Notes: a model not told the origin generated them from the letters alone. DNA of 64,000 bases from Fimbriimonadia bacterium (GCA_041483895.1 JBGPGO010000017.1:13808-77807), one strand, 5' to 3'; numbered from the stretch's first letter, positions 28,573-39,465 are shown. Numbers and translations are program-made.

Positions 28573-30578
28573 GCAATAGACTAAAGGACGCAACGAGCCC
28601 GTACCTCTTGCAGCACTCCGAAAACCCGGTCGATTGGTATCCATGGGGTTCGGAGGCGCTGGGGCGGGCGGCGAAGGAAGACAAGCCGATTTTCTTGTCC
28701 ATCGGCTACGCGGCCTGCCACTGGTGCCACGTGATGGAGCACCATGTTTTCGAGGATGCCAAGATCGCGGAGCTGCTACGCGCGGGCTTCATCGCCATTA
28801 AAGTGGATCGGGAAGAGCGGCCGGACATTGACGCGCAGTACATGCTGGCCTCGCAAATCCTAACGGGTGGCGGAGGGTGGCCGCTTTCTGCCTTTCTTAC
28901 CCCGGAGCTGAAACCGGTCTTTGCCGCGGGCCGATATTTCGATGCGGCGCAGTTCACGGCGCTCATTGGCAACGTCGCGCGGCTGTGGAAGGAGCGGCGG
29001 GCGGACCTGATTGCGGATGCCGAGCGGATTTCGGATGCGATCCGGGAGGTCGCTCGGGCGCGGCGGCCGGGGCTGGTGGGACCGGGCCTTATGGACAAGT
29101 ATGTGTCGCAGATGGCTCCCCGTTACGATCCAAAGCACGGAGGCTTTGGCGGCGCGCCCAAGTTTCCTTCTGTTCCGGGCCTATGGCCGCTGCTTGGCAG
29201 CGAGATGCTGGACGGGACTTTGAAGGCGATGGCGCGCGGGGGTATCCACGATCACGTCGGCGGCGGGTTTTTCCGATACTCGACGGACGAGCGGTGGCTG
29301 GTGCCGCATTTTGAAAAGATGCTCTACGACCAAGGGCAGCTTGCCTCCATCTACGCTGCGGCCTTTGCGCTGAATCCGGACCCGGACTACCGCGCGGCGG
29401 CGCTTGGGATTGGCGAGTTCGTGCGGCGGGAGTTGACGGATAAGGGCGGCGGGTTCTATTCCAGTCTGGACGCGGACAGCGAGGGGGAAGAGGGGAAGTT
29501 TTACGTTTTTGCCGTGGACGAGATTCGGGCGGCGCTTGGGGCGGAGGCGCAGCGGTTTTCAGAGCTGTACGGCATTTTGGAACGCGGCAACTTCGAGGAT
29601 TCCAATGTGCTGAGTCTCGTCGATCCGCAATCGCCGGTTGGGGCGCTGCCGGACCAGCGGCAACGGCTGTTCGATGCTCGGTCGAAGCGCGTGCGGCCCG
29701 CGACCGACGACAAGGTGTTGTCCGGCTGGAACGGGCTGATGATCGAAGGGTTAGCGCGGGTAGGGCGCGTGTTTGCGGACGAAGCATCGACAGAGGCCGC
29801 CCGCCGCGCGGCGAACTTCGTGCTCGGAACCATGAGGCCGGATGGGGTGTTGCGCCGCAGCTACCGCAATGGAAAGCTGAGCGGTCCAGGCTATCTTTCG
29901 GATTACGCTTTCGTCATCAATGGCCTCCTGGAGCTTCCCACGCAAGCGGGGGCTGGGGATTACCTCTCGGCCGCCGTCTCGCTGGCAGAGAAAATGGTGG
30001 AGCCATTGTGGGATCCGATCGGTGGCGGGTTCTTCGATTCGGAGGAATCGCCCGATCTGTTGGGACGGATGAAGTCGGGCGAAGACGGCGCGGAACCGAG
30101 CGGAAACGGCGCGGCGGCGCGTGCCCTCCTTCGTCTTGCGGAGGCCACCGGCGATTCGAAATGGCGGGACCTGGCCGGGGCAACGGTCCGCGCATTTGGC
30201 GGCCTAATCGAAGCGCATCCCGCCGCCTTCCCCAACCTCGTCATTGCCGCCCATGACCTCCAGCAAGAGACCGCCGAGGTGCGGGTTTCGTTGGAAGGTT
30301 CGTCGGTCGTCATCGACATCCCCGAAGGCTGGCACATAGCCACCCACGGCGACGGACAGACTATGGGCCTAAACATCTCCATCGAATCCCCCGGCGCCAC
30401 TGCAACACCCGACTATCCGGCTGGCGAATACGACGAAACCCTGGACCGACAGGTCTATCGCGGCCGCGTGGTCGTCCCGATCGGAATCGACAAAGATGCC
30501 GCTGTGGCGATCACGGTCCGCTACCAGCCATGCACCGAATTCTCCTGCCTGATTCCGCAAACCATGTATCTCCCCTAA
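28569..30578 (+). CDS. Thioredoxin-domain protein YyaL/SSP411 family with a C-terminal DsbD_N-like domain
   Basis: [41 protein letters not shown]-terminal GWHI..YQPC..C. Confidence 0.92.
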   Translation: MSNRLKDATSPYLLQHSENPVDWYPWGSEALGRAAKEDKPIFLSIGYAACHWCHVMEHHVFEDAKIAELLRAGFIAIKVDREERPDIDAQYMLASQILTGGGGWPLSAFLTPELKPVFAAGRYFDAAQFTALIGNVARLWKERRADLIADAERISDAIREVARARRPGLVGPGLMDKYVSQMAPRYDPKHGGFGGAPKFPSVPGLWPLLGSEMLDGTLKAMARGGIHDHVGGGFFRYSTDERWLVPHFEKMLYDQGQLASIYAAAFALNPDPDYRAAALGIGEFVRRELTDKGGGFYSSLDADSEGEEGKFYVFAVDEIRAALGAEAQRFSELYGILERGNFEDSNVLSLVDPQSPVGALPDQRQRLFDARSKRVRPATDDKVLSGWNGLMIEGLARVGRVFADEASTEAARRAANFVLGTMRPDGVLRRSYRNGKLSGPGYLSDYAFVINGLLELPTQAGAGDYLSAAVSLAEKMVEPLWDPIGGGFFDSEESPDLLGRMKSGEDGAEPSGNGAAARALLRLAEATGDSKWRDLAGATVRAFGGLIEAHPAAFPNLVIAAHDLQQETAEVRVSLEGSSVVIDIPEGWHIATHGDGQTMGLNISIESPGATATPDYPAGEYDETLDRQVYRGRVVVPIGIDKDAAVAITVRYQPCTEFSCLIPQTMYLP

Positions 30579-30587
30579 CGCCGCTCC

Positions 30588-30785
30588 GTGTTCGGGAATC
30601 CCGATTACGCCGGTTTCGAGGACGATTCTCCGACAAGGACAGCCCTCAGAGGCGTGGAGCTAAAGGGCCTGTCGGGAACGCGGTCGGAGGTGACCGCCAT
30701 AGCGGATCTGGTGGGGGTGGCGGGTTCACAAAGCCATCGAGGAAGGCGAAGGAAACCTCGGCCGTCGATAAAATCCATTACGTAA
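30588..30785 (+). pseudogene. Possible remnant of a CHAT-domain protein
   Basis: VFGNPDY...LKGLSGTRSEVTAIA resembles the region preceding the CHAT catalytic core; short and without RBS. Confidence 0.4.
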
Positions 30786-30993
30786 TAAGTACCCATCTGT
30801 CATTTAAAATCCCGACACACAGAGTCTTCTAGGATTCGTTAGAATATCTCAGAAAGTGGACAAGCCGGTCGAGTTGACATTCACCGGCGACAAGAATCTC
30901 GGCTGCGGCTGCAGCGTGGTCGTTAAGTCTCTTAGTATCCGCGGAGATGTATCTTGTTAGTGGAGCGGGTTCTTATATTGATAGGAGAAGACC

Positions 30994-33717
30994 ATGTTTG
31001 CAACAACCACCTTGACCGACTACGCCGTCGCCGACTCTGAGTTGAAGAGTCTCGACATCATTGCACGTTCACCACTTTTTATCAAGACGATGTTTATCGG
31101 ATTGTCGCTGTCGCTAGCCAGCCTTGCGGTTGCGCAAGACCCAATCCGCTTCCTCTTCGCCCCCGCCACGCAGACGGGGCTAGCTCCATATAACGCCGCG
31201 CTGGCCGACCTCGATGGCGACGGAGATTTGGACGCGGTCACCGCGGACTATGGAGACGGTGAAACTAGCACCGCCACGGTTCTGATCAACCGGGGGGACG
31301 GCACCTTCCTCGCCCCGGTCTCCTATTCGGTGGGCGATGGCGCCGTCGATGTCAAGCTTGGCGACTTCAACGGTGACGGCCGTCCCGACATGATCACCGC
31401 GAACCAGATGACGGGCCAGAACTTTGGCACTCGCAGCTACTGTACCGTCCTCATAAACAACGGCAATGGCACGTTCGGCAATCGTCATGACTACGATGTC
31501 GGTTTCAACAGCTACTGCGGCGCTGTGGAAATCGCTGACTTCGATAAAGACGGGAAGCTCGACTGGGCCGCAGCGGCCATGTGGGACGGGTACATCTATG
31601 TCTACCGCGGGTTGGGAAACGGCACTTTTGCGCTCCGGAATGCGATTCCCGCTTCGGAGCCGACCGGCGTCGTGGCGGCCGACTTCAATCGCGATGGCCG
31701 GATTGACATCGCGTTCCATACGGTCAACGACCTTTACGTAATGATGAACAACGGAACGTCTTTCGGGTCCCCCGTCTATTACGACAACTGGCCGGCGAAC
31801 GTCGCCGACCTCGCGGTGGCAGACTTCAACAAGGACGGCGCCCCGGATCTCGTATCCGTGGGGTTCCAGACGACGGTCTTCGTCAACGATGGTTTCGGGG
31901 CATTCAGCTCCAAGATCACCTTCCCGGTCGCGGAGACCACGACCGGCGTGATTACCGGAGACTTCGATGGCGACACGTGGATTGACTTCGCGGGCGCCAA
32001 CTATGGGGAGAACTCCGCCTCCGTGTATTACAACGACGGCAACCTCGGCTTTCATGATAAGCGGAACTGGGGGGTCGGCTTCGCCCCGAACGGCCTCGCC
32101 GCAGGGGACCTGAACGCAGACGGCAAGCTGGACATGCTCGTCGTGAATAGCCAGATGTCCCAGGACACCGCCACCGTCGTGCTCAACGAAGGCGACCGGA
32201 ACTTCTTGGCGCGGCGCGAATACGCGATTCGCGGCTATGGATACGGCATCGACATCGGGGACCTGAACCGCGACGGTTATCTCGACGTGGCGACCGCCGT
32301 TTACGTCGGAAACGCGGATCGCGTGACGGTCTTTTACGGCACCGCCGACGGCTCATTGTCCGCACCCTACGACGTGGAAGTATTCGGCAACAACATTCCC
32401 ACCGATGTGGCGATCGGCGACCTCAACGCCGACGGATGGCCAGATCTGGTCGCGAGCATCTTTAGCCCTGGGAACAGCATCCGCGTTTGGCTCAACCGTG
32501 GGGACGGCACGTTCAATCCCAGCGCGAGTTACGATGCCGGAGGCAACCCCAGCGGCGTCGGCATCGGTGACCTGAACGGGGACGGGAAGGCCGATATCGT
32601 TTGCTCCAATGGCTCATCGAACGACAGCAGCGTGTCGATCTTTATCAACAAAGGCAACGGCACGTTCAAGCCACAGATTCGGATCGGCACTTTGTCCCGA
32701 CCAAGCGACGTCGTGTTCGGAGACTTCGACCGGGATGGAGACCAGGACTTCGTGGTGACCCACGTGGGTTCCAGCTCTGTCTTGCTGTTCCGAAATATGG
32801 GCAGCGTGACCTTCAGCCTCCAGTCGTTCAACGCCGGAGAAGTGCAGAGTGGCGGCGTCGTGTCCGACTTCAACGGAGACGGGTGGGTCGACTTTGTCAC
32901 CGGTGGCGGGCGCCTCAAGTTCCTCCCCAACATCGGCGGCAACTTCGGACCGGCCGTCGAATCCCCCATTGTCGCGGCCTACGTCACGGCCGCCGATTTG
33001 GATAGGGACGGCCTCCTCGATGGTGCGGGCACGAACGGCGTCAGCAGTTACGTCAACTTCGGGCCGGGTGCGGGCAACGGAACGTTTGGGTTCGAGGGGA
33101 CGATGGCGGCCGGCTACAACGTTGGCAAGATCGTGGCGGGAGACATCGATCACGACGGATTCATGGAGCTGCTGACGGCCAATGGCGGGCGCTCCATCAG
33201 CGTCTTCACCAACCGAACCTTGGGAACGCCCTGCAAACCCGACGTCATGAGCCTTGAGAACGGGACCGCGATTTCGGGCGGTCTTCCGGAGATCCTCCTG
33301 TGCGACGACCGCACCTTCGACGTGCGTCCTCTCGCCGCTGCTGTGGCGCCGTCGCCGCCGCTGAGGAACGGGAGTAGGAGCGAATATCCGATCGCGATCA
33401 TCGTCGAGGGCACTTCCCCCATAGATTCGCCCTCGTCGCTGGCTATGGTAATCGAGAGTCGAAGCAGCGTTTCTGGGGTTGGCCAGGTCGCGAGTCTTTG
33501 GGATTGGTCCGCGAACATGTACCGGCAGATCGACTCGAGGCTCCTAAAGACCGTCGATGACAGCCTCGTGCTGCTCGCCACCGGCGACTTGCGCCGATTC
33601 GTGCAGCCCGGAACGAACAGAATACGAGCGATGCTGGGTTACCGCCCCTTCGCTTCGTACGTCCCACCAAGCTGGGTCGTAAAGGTCGACCAAGCCGGCT
33701 GGCGGATCATGCCGTAG
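30994..33717 (+). CDS. Secreted FG-GAP/VCBS repeat protein with a C-terminal beta domain
   Basis: More than 10 D-[LF]-[DN]-x-DG-x-x-D repeats with N-x-G-x-GTF spacers. Confidence 0.9.
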   Translation: MFATTTLTDYAVADSELKSLDIIARSPLFIKTMFIGLSLSLASLAVAQDPIRFLFAPATQTGLAPYNAALADLDGDGDLDAVTADYGDGETSTATVLINRGDGTFLAPVSYSVGDGAVDVKLGDFNGDGRPDMITANQMTGQNFGTRSYCTVLINNGNGTFGNRHDYDVGFNSYCGAVEIADFDKDGKLDWAAAAMWDGYIYVYRGLGNGTFALRNAIPASEPTGVVAADFNRDGRIDIAFHTVNDLYVMMNNGTSFGSPVYYDNWPANVADLAVADFNKDGAPDLVSVGFQTTVFVNDGFGAFSSKITFPVAETTTGVITGDFDGDTWIDFAGANYGENSASVYYNDGNLGFHDKRNWGVGFAPNGLAAGDLNADGKLDMLVVNSQMSQDTATVVLNEGDRNFLARREYAIRGYGYGIDIGDLNRDGYLDVATAVYVGNADRVTVFYGTADGSLSAPYDVEVFGNNIPTDVAIGDLNADGWPDLVASIFSPGNSIRVWLNRGDGTFNPSASYDAGGNPSGVGIGDLNGDGKADIVCSNGSSNDSSVSIFINKGNGTFKPQIRIGTLSRPSDVVFGDFDRDGDQDFVVTHVGSSSVLLFRNMGSVTFSLQSFNAGEVQSGGVVSDFNGDGWVDFVTGGGRLKFLPNIGGNFGPAVESPIVAAYVTAADLDRDGLLDGAGTNGVSSYVNFGPGAGNGTFGFEGTMAAGYNVGKIVAGDIDHDGFMELLTANGGRSISVFTNRTLGTPCKPDVMSLENGTAISGGLPEILLCDDRTFDVRPLAAAVAPSPPLRNGSRSEYPIAIIVEGTSPIDSPSSLAMVIESRSSVSGVGQVASLWDWSANMYRQIDSRLLKTVDDSLVLLATGDLRRFVQPGTNRIRAMLGYRPFASYVPPSWVVKVDQAGWRIMP

Positions 33718-33877
33718 GCCCACCAAGACAGTGGCCCTTGTGCACGCCGTCTAAGCGGCCGATAGCGACGGTGCATTCCGTCCAAGGCACAATTTCCAGG
33801 CGCACGGTCCGAACAGTAGGTTCATAGCGGGTTGTTAGAGTACCCGCTACAAGGGTCTGGCAAGTCAAGCAATGGAT

Positions 33878-34096
33878 TTACAGTTCGGCCCATTCTTGGG
33901 GATCGATGCCGGCCTGCCTGAGAACGGATCGAAGGGTACCGATGACGACTTCACGATGTTTCGGCACGGTTGCGGTACGTGTTACCGCGTCTTTGGTTTT
34001 GGCAAATTTGACGTGGCTACCCTCTTGGCTCACTTCATGGAAGCCCGCGGCCAGAAGTTTTCTGCGGACCTCACGATAGGGAAGCGGTCTAAGCAG
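33878..34096 (-). CDS. HicA-family toxin (72 aa; not in the ORF track; probable CTG start)
   Basis: Manual translation: LLRPLPYREVRRKLLAAGFHEVSQEGSHVKF...TVPKHREVVIGTLRSVLRQAGIDPQEWAEL; overlaps the hicB stop. Confidence 0.85.
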   Translation of the reverse strand: MLRPLPYREVRRKLLAAGFHEVSQEGSHVKFAKTKDAVTRTATVPKHREVVIGTLRSVLRQAGIDPQEWAEL

Positions 34097-34295
34097 CGGC
34101 TATCTCGATTTCGAACGGGATTAGTTTCGGAGCGCTTGAAGCGGTTGGCGGTGTGAAATGGAGGGTCAATGCCTCTTTTAGGTTATCGAGGGCCTCTTGT
34201 TCTGTCTCACCTTGGCTGGCGACATCCACCTCGATGCACTGCGCGACATACCAATCGCCCTCCGACCAGACGCTGGCGGTGAACTTCTGCTTCAT
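34089..34295 (-). CDS. HicB-family antitoxin
   Basis: EGDWYVAQC...VASQGETEQEALDNLKEAL; TATAAT 6 nt before ATG. Confidence 0.88.
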   Translation of the reverse strand: MKQKFTASVWSEGDWYVAQCIEVDVASQGETEQEALDNLKEALTLHFTPPTASSAPKLIPFEIEIAAA

Positions 34296-34470
34296 CCCTC
34301 CATTATACATGGCGCCGGGCGATGTGTCGGGGTTCACTGCTTCCGGCCACCCATCGCCCGCCGACACCCAAGACCCCAACACATCCAGAGGCTGGCGATT
34401 TGGCGAGGGGCGTGGTAAGATGAATTTCAGTTACTTGCGTGCGATTCAGAGCTGGGTAGGAGGTCGAACT

Positions 34471-36270
34471 ATGAACCGGTGTGGGCGTTCGTGGGGTTGT
34501 GGCTGGCGAGAGGTGTTTTGCTTGCGGATAATCGGGACGGTCATCGTGGGCCTGTTCCTAATCAGTACCGGCATGGCTCAGCAAGGCACGACGGTCCGCG
34601 TATCGGTGTCCTCCTCCGGGGCGCAAGCAAGTCCGGGCATCGCTGACGACTTCACTCCATCAATCAGCGCGGACGGCCGTTATGTCGTCTTTACCAATGT
34701 GGCCGACAACCTTGCGCCCGGTGACGCGAATGGTAAAACGGACGTATTCGTTCGCGACAGGATGTTGGGAACGACAGAATTGGTGTCGGTGTCTTCGACC
34801 GGCGAGATCGGCAACTCATGGAGTGGAGGTTCGTCTATCAGTTCCGATGGTCGCTATGTCGCCTTCAATAGTTCGTCGGACAACTTAGTCATTGGGGACA
34901 CGAACGGCGCCGTTGACGTGTTTGTCCGCGATCGGTTGCTGGGGACCACTGAACTGGTTTCCGTCTCGTCCACCGGGGAACAGGCAGATGCGGACAGCTC
35001 TCTCGGCGGGCTAACGATCAGCGCGGATGGCCGGTATGTCGTTTTTGACAGTCGCGCGACTAATCTCGTCGCCGGTGACACGAACGGCCACAACGACGTG
35101 TTTGTTCGGGATCGACAATCGGGGACTACCGAGCGGATATCCGTATCATCTACAGGCGATCCTGGGAATTTCAATACGGTCGGTGGCGTCTCGATCAGCG
35201 CAGACGGCAGGTATGTCGCATTTGCAAGCGCGTCAACCAACCTTGTTGAATCAGACACGAACGGCGCGATTGATGTGTTTGTGCGGGATCGCAAATTGGG
35301 AACTACGGAACTGGTTTCCGTTTCATCGACAGGAGCGCAAGGCCATGGGTTGAGTTTCCCACCAGTCATCAGTGCGGACGGAAGATTTGTCGCCTTTAGA
35401 AGCAGCGCGAGCAACTTGGTTGATGGTGACACGAACAACGGCACAGACATCTTCATTCGCGACCGGCAACTCGGAACAACAGAGTTGGTATCCGCCTCCT
35501 CTTCCGGTCAAATTGGGAACGGCCAGAGCCAAGATTTCTCAATGAGCCCGGACGGTAGATTCGTTGCTTTTTCCAGTTCCGCGAGCAATCTGGTCCCGGG
35601 GGACACGAACGGCCGATAAGACATATTTGTTGCTGATCGACAACTTGGAACGTGGCAACGAATTTCGGTCTCCACAGACGGGGACCAAGGAAACGATGGT
35701 AGCGGCTATGCCGCGATTTCTGCGGATGGGCGATTCGTCGCCTTCAACAGCTCGGCAAGCGATCTGGTCGCGGGGGATACGAATGGTTCCGATGACTGTT
35801 TCGTCCACCAGATCGGTTCGGGGGCTGGATGGGGTGACGCCGAGATCACGCTGAGTGGTCACCTAACCCCTGTGGGGTACGTGGGGACCTTGCCTGGGAG
35901 CATCTTATTCGAATTTCGAAAACTCGGTGACACGGCGCCATTCGATACCCGAATCGCCGCCGTCGCTTTGGATGGAACATACACGGTCACGGCGTACACG
36001 CGGCAGATGGATGCCAGCGTCAAGACTTTGTCATGGCTTCGCCGCACCGTTTCTGTCGATGCCAGTTCCGGCCCTGTGAGCGGACTGGATTTTGCCTTCA
36101 CCATCGGCGACACGGACGGGAACAACGCCGTGGACATTGGGGATCTGAACTCGGTTCTCATTGCCTTCGGACAGACGGACGATCCCGCCGATGTCGATGG
36201 CGACGGGACAGTTGATCTCCCGGACCTCAACTTTGTTTTCGTCAACTTCGCGACCGTCGGCGATCCGTAA
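34471..36270 (+). pseudogene. TolB/PD40-like beta-propeller repeat protein with dockerin-like tail, interrupted by one in-frame TAA (35617-35619)
   Basis: Repeats ISADGRYVAF...NLV-x-GDTNG-x-x-DVFVRDR continue in the same frame after the stop and join ORF 35872-36270. Confidence 0.85.
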
Positions 36271-36473
36271 CTGTCTGCAGCGAAGCCGGTGGCCGCGTTT
36301 TGAAACATGCCAAGCATTCCGGCGGTGATGACTACAAGTAGCAACCGTGGCATGGGTATCGGTTGAAGACCAACGTGGGGAATGTGAAGTTGGTTTTGCG
36401 GGGCTAGGCGCGCCTCCGATCGGGGTGCACCCTGACGGGGGACTGGGAGTAACGGTGGCCTCGAGCCCGCATT

Positions 36474-36505
36474 GGACATATAGGACCTATACGACCTATA
36501 TGTCC
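36474..36505. repeat. REP-like palindrome
   Basis: GGACATATAGG-ACCTATACGA-CCTATATGTCC inverted repeat; single copy in the window. Confidence 0.5.
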
Positions 36506-36587
36506 TATCGCTGAGAGTTGGCCCGCTGGCAGCAAAGGTCAATGCCGGCAAGATGCCAGCGTTACAAGGGACAGGTAAACTGCCCGC

Positions 36588-38192
36588 GTGACGGAGACGC
36601 CTACAAGCGGCAGCGTGGCCCGGGCCTCGGGGCTCATGATCGCCGCGATCTTTCTTTCCCGCGTGCTCGGACAGGTGCGCGACACCGTCATCGCCTATAA
36701 GTTCGGACAGGGCGCGGACGCCGACATGTACCGCGCGGCGTTTACCCTCCCCGATCTGTTTTTCTTTCTGCTCGCGGGCGGCGCTCTCTCGTCGGCCTTT
36801 ATCCCCGTCTTCTCCGAGTACCTGCACAACAAGAAAGAGGAGCAGGCATGGGAGCTGTTCAGCATCCTGTCCTCGGTTATGGGGCTGGCGGTGGTGGCCA
36901 TCGTCATCGTCATGGCGGTGTTTGCCGTGCCATTGGTGCGACTCGCGTTCGCCTTTCCGGAGGCGCAGATCCAAGAGACGGCACAGCTCAGCCGCATCAT
37001 CCTACCGGCTCAAATCGCGTTCCTGATCGGCGGTCTGATGTTCGGGACGTTCTACGCGCGGCACCTGTTCCTGATGCCCGCCCTTGCGCCGAACATCTAC
37101 AACATTGGCATCATCGCCGGCGCGCTGATCTTGACGCCGTTCGTCCACCCGCCGATTTCGGGTTTGGTGTGGGGCGCTCTGGCGGGAGCGTTTCTCGGCA
37201 GTCTGATCCTGCCCGGTTATGTGTTCTTCCGGACGGGCGGGCAGTTCCGGCCAAGCCTCCAACTCAAAAACGAGCAGGTAGTTCGGGTGTTCAAGCTGAT
37301 GCTGCCGGTGATTCTGGGCCTTTCCCTGCCGGGCGTGTACGCGATCGTCGTTCGGTCCATGGCGTCGTGGTCGGAGGTGCCGGGGTCGGTGGCGGCCATC
37401 GAGAACGCCAACCGGCTTATGCAGGCGCCGCTCGGCATCTTCGGACAGGCGCTCGCGCTGGCGGTCTTCCCCAGCCTCTCGCTGTTCGCCGCGCGCAAGG
37501 AGATGGAGAACTTTTCAGGCACCCTCAATCGCAGCCTGCGCGCCGTGTTGTTCCTCACGATCCCTGCCGGGCTGTTCCTTGCGCTGTTTCCGGAGGAGCT
37601 GCTTCGAGTGCTGCTCCAGTACGGCAGGTTCCATCCGGAGGACACGGCCTACGCGGCGCAGGCACTTCGGATGTTCGCCATCGGGGTCCCTGCCTGGTCC
37701 GCGCAGGCGATTTTGATGCGGGGCTTTTTCGCACTGCAGGACACGATCACGCCCATTGTCCTCGGCACCATCACCACCCTGATCTTCCTGCCCCTGAGCT
37801 GGTTTCTGCTCAAGTCCCCGCTCGGTTACGCCGGCCTTGCTTTGGCGGTTTCCATCAGCGCGACGCTCCTTTTCGTCTCAATGGTGTTCGCCATGCGGCG
37901 CAAGCAGGTGGACACGGAGTTCGGAAAGCTCGGTCGAATCATCATCGCCTCGCTCTTCGCATCGGGGGTGGCGGGAGGAATTGGTTGGCTTGCTTGGTGG
38001 GGCATCCACACTTTACTGGCCCACGTTCTGCGCCAACCGAATCTTCTGTCGGCGGCGGGAATTCTCGGGGCCTTCCTCTCCTTGTCGTCGGCCTATTTGC
38101 TGATGGGGAAGGTGCTAGGCATCGAGGAAACCAAGTACGCCACCAATATGATCGCCCGCCGGTTCGGGGCCGGCAAAAATAAAGTCATTTGA
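36588..38192 (+). CDS. murJ: Lipid II flippase MurJ (MviN)
   Basis: SRVLG-x-x-RD, AF-x-LPD, GALSSAFIPVF, ANRLMQ-x-PLG, F-x-A-x-x-DT-x-TP; about 14 TM helices. Confidence 0.95.
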   Translation: MTETPTSGSVARASGLMIAAIFLSRVLGQVRDTVIAYKFGQGADADMYRAAFTLPDLFFFLLAGGALSSAFIPVFSEYLHNKKEEQAWELFSILSSVMGLAVVAIVIVMAVFAVPLVRLAFAFPEAQIQETAQLSRIILPAQIAFLIGGLMFGTFYARHLFLMPALAPNIYNIGIIAGALILTPFVHPPISGLVWGALAGAFLGSLILPGYVFFRTGGQFRPSLQLKNEQVVRVFKLMLPVILGLSLPGVYAIVVRSMASWSEVPGSVAAIENANRLMQAPLGIFGQALALAVFPSLSLFAARKEMENFSGTLNRSLRAVLFLTIPAGLFLALFPEELLRVLLQYGRFHPEDTAYAAQALRMFAIGVPAWSAQAILMRGFFALQDTITPIVLGTITTLIFLPLSWFLLKSPLGYAGLALAVSISATLLFVSMVFAMRRKQVDTEFGKLGRIIIASLFASGVAGGIGWLAWWGIHTLLAHVLRQPNLLSAAGILGAFLSLSSAYLLMGKVLGIEETKYATNMIARRFGAGKNKVI

Positions 38193-38241
38193 CGGATCGG
38201 CAAATGCTTGATACAATGCGGTGGGAGGATGAATTCATCTT

Positions 38242-39258
38242 ATGAGATATTTACCGGTCCTTGCACTCGTTTTGCCGGCCCTCGCGGCGGCGCAATACAA
38301 TTTGGACAGCTCCAAGTGGAGCCAAGGCGGCCTCGTGGACGCCCACTTCAGCAGCATCCTTTATAGCTTCGACCAACTAGACTATCCGGTCGCCATTGAC
38401 TGTTCCCAATCGATCCCGTTTGGCGAGGATGGGAACGCTTCAACGCTCAGCATGACCATTGACGTCGGCGCTTTGAGCGGCGGGCAGATCAACTACATCG
38501 CCACCGCCACAGGGTCCCTCAATACGGCCACCGGCGTGTTCACCACCTCGGTCAACCAGACGGGTCTCAATGTCCCATTCACCGTTAACGTAAATGGGAC
38601 GAACTACAACCTGGTGATGACCAGTGTCGCTGTCACGATGAACGGCACGGTGTCTGGGAGCAATAGCTGTTTCATTGGCAACTCGTGGCGAAATCCTGGA
38701 AGTCTTCTTACCAGTGACTCGGTTACTTCCAAGGCGACGATCAAAGGGTATTTCGACGTCATATTCCATCCGACTTGGACTTTCACAGCCGAGAACTTTC
38801 GGGTTACTTCTGAACTGTGCGATTGTCCGGGGGTCACGATCGGCGGGACCATCGAGCTGCAGAACATCAGCTGTCCGCCCACAGGTCAGCAGGTAGAGGT
38901 GATCGTGCGGAATGGCACCACATCGGAGACCTCCACGGCGACGCTGGATTCCGGAGGCGGCTATTCTGTGACTACGCACATTGCGGGTCCGGTCACGGTA
39001 TTGGCGAAAGGCTCCCATTGGCTGCGCGCGAAAACCACGGCCAATACGTCCGGAGGAAACGTCACGGGCGCCGATCTGTCCCTGATCAACGGGGATGTCG
39101 ATGGAGACAATTTGATCGGCCTGCCGGACCTCAACGCCATCTTCATCGCTTTCGGGTCGACCGACGGCGGACCGGAAGATCTGGACTGCTCGGGCCAGGT
39201 CGGAGTTGATGACATGAACATTGTGTTCATCGGCTTTGGGACGCTCGGCGAAAACTAG
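38242..39258 (+). CDS. Secreted protein with Ig-like plus dockerin-like EF-hand C-terminus
   Basis: Signal peptide; KGSHWLR; GDVDGDNLIGLPDLN and DLDCSGQVGVDDMN. Confidence 0.75.
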   Translation: MRYLPVLALVLPALAAAQYNLDSSKWSQGGLVDAHFSSILYSFDQLDYPVAIDCSQSIPFGEDGNASTLSMTIDVGALSGGQINYIATATGSLNTATGVFTTSVNQTGLNVPFTVNVNGTNYNLVMTSVAVTMNGTVSGSNSCFIGNSWRNPGSLLTSDSVTSKATIKGYFDVIFHPTWTFTAENFRVTSELCDCPGVTIGGTIELQNISCPPTGQQVEVIVRNGTTSETSTATLDSGGGYSVTTHIAGPVTVLAKGSHWLRAKTTANTSGGNVTGADLSLINGDVDGDNLIGLPDLNAIFIAFGSTDGGPEDLDCSGQVGVDDMNIVFIGFGTLGEN

Positions 39259-39307
39259 GTCCTTTCTCGGCACTGCTGAGAGGGGGATTGGTCAAAATTA
39301 GTACCTG

Positions 39308-39341
39308 TTAGCCCATCGACTAAATTTAGCCGATGGGCTAA
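39308..39341. promoter_or_regulatory. 34 bp near-perfect palindrome (terminator or operator)
   Basis: TTAGCCCATCGACTAAATTTAGCCGATGGGCTAA, one mismatched pair. Confidence 0.55.
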
Positions 39342-39436
39342 ATATTGATCAAGGCTCTGTCTGGCCCGTCTTCCAGACGATTCAAGGTCGGCGAACACGG
39401 CCCCTAGTCCATTCGCCCTAAATGCCTCGGTGTGTG

Positions 39437-39465
39437 TTGACTAAAATAGACAACATAGGTAGAAT
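39437..39465 (+). promoter_or_regulatory. Sigma70-type promoter at the head of the phage-like cluster
   Basis: TTGACT-N17-TAGAAT. Confidence 0.7.

Noticed and set aside
33790..33850. Possible attC site (CCGAAC...GTTAGAG) near hicA
   Set aside because: Ends are too close and lack internal L-box complementarity; more likely a simple hairpin (TAGCGGGT...ACCCGCTA).
33872..34156. Plus-strand 94 aa ORF
   Set aside because: It is antisense to the hicB-hicA pair identified on the minus strand.
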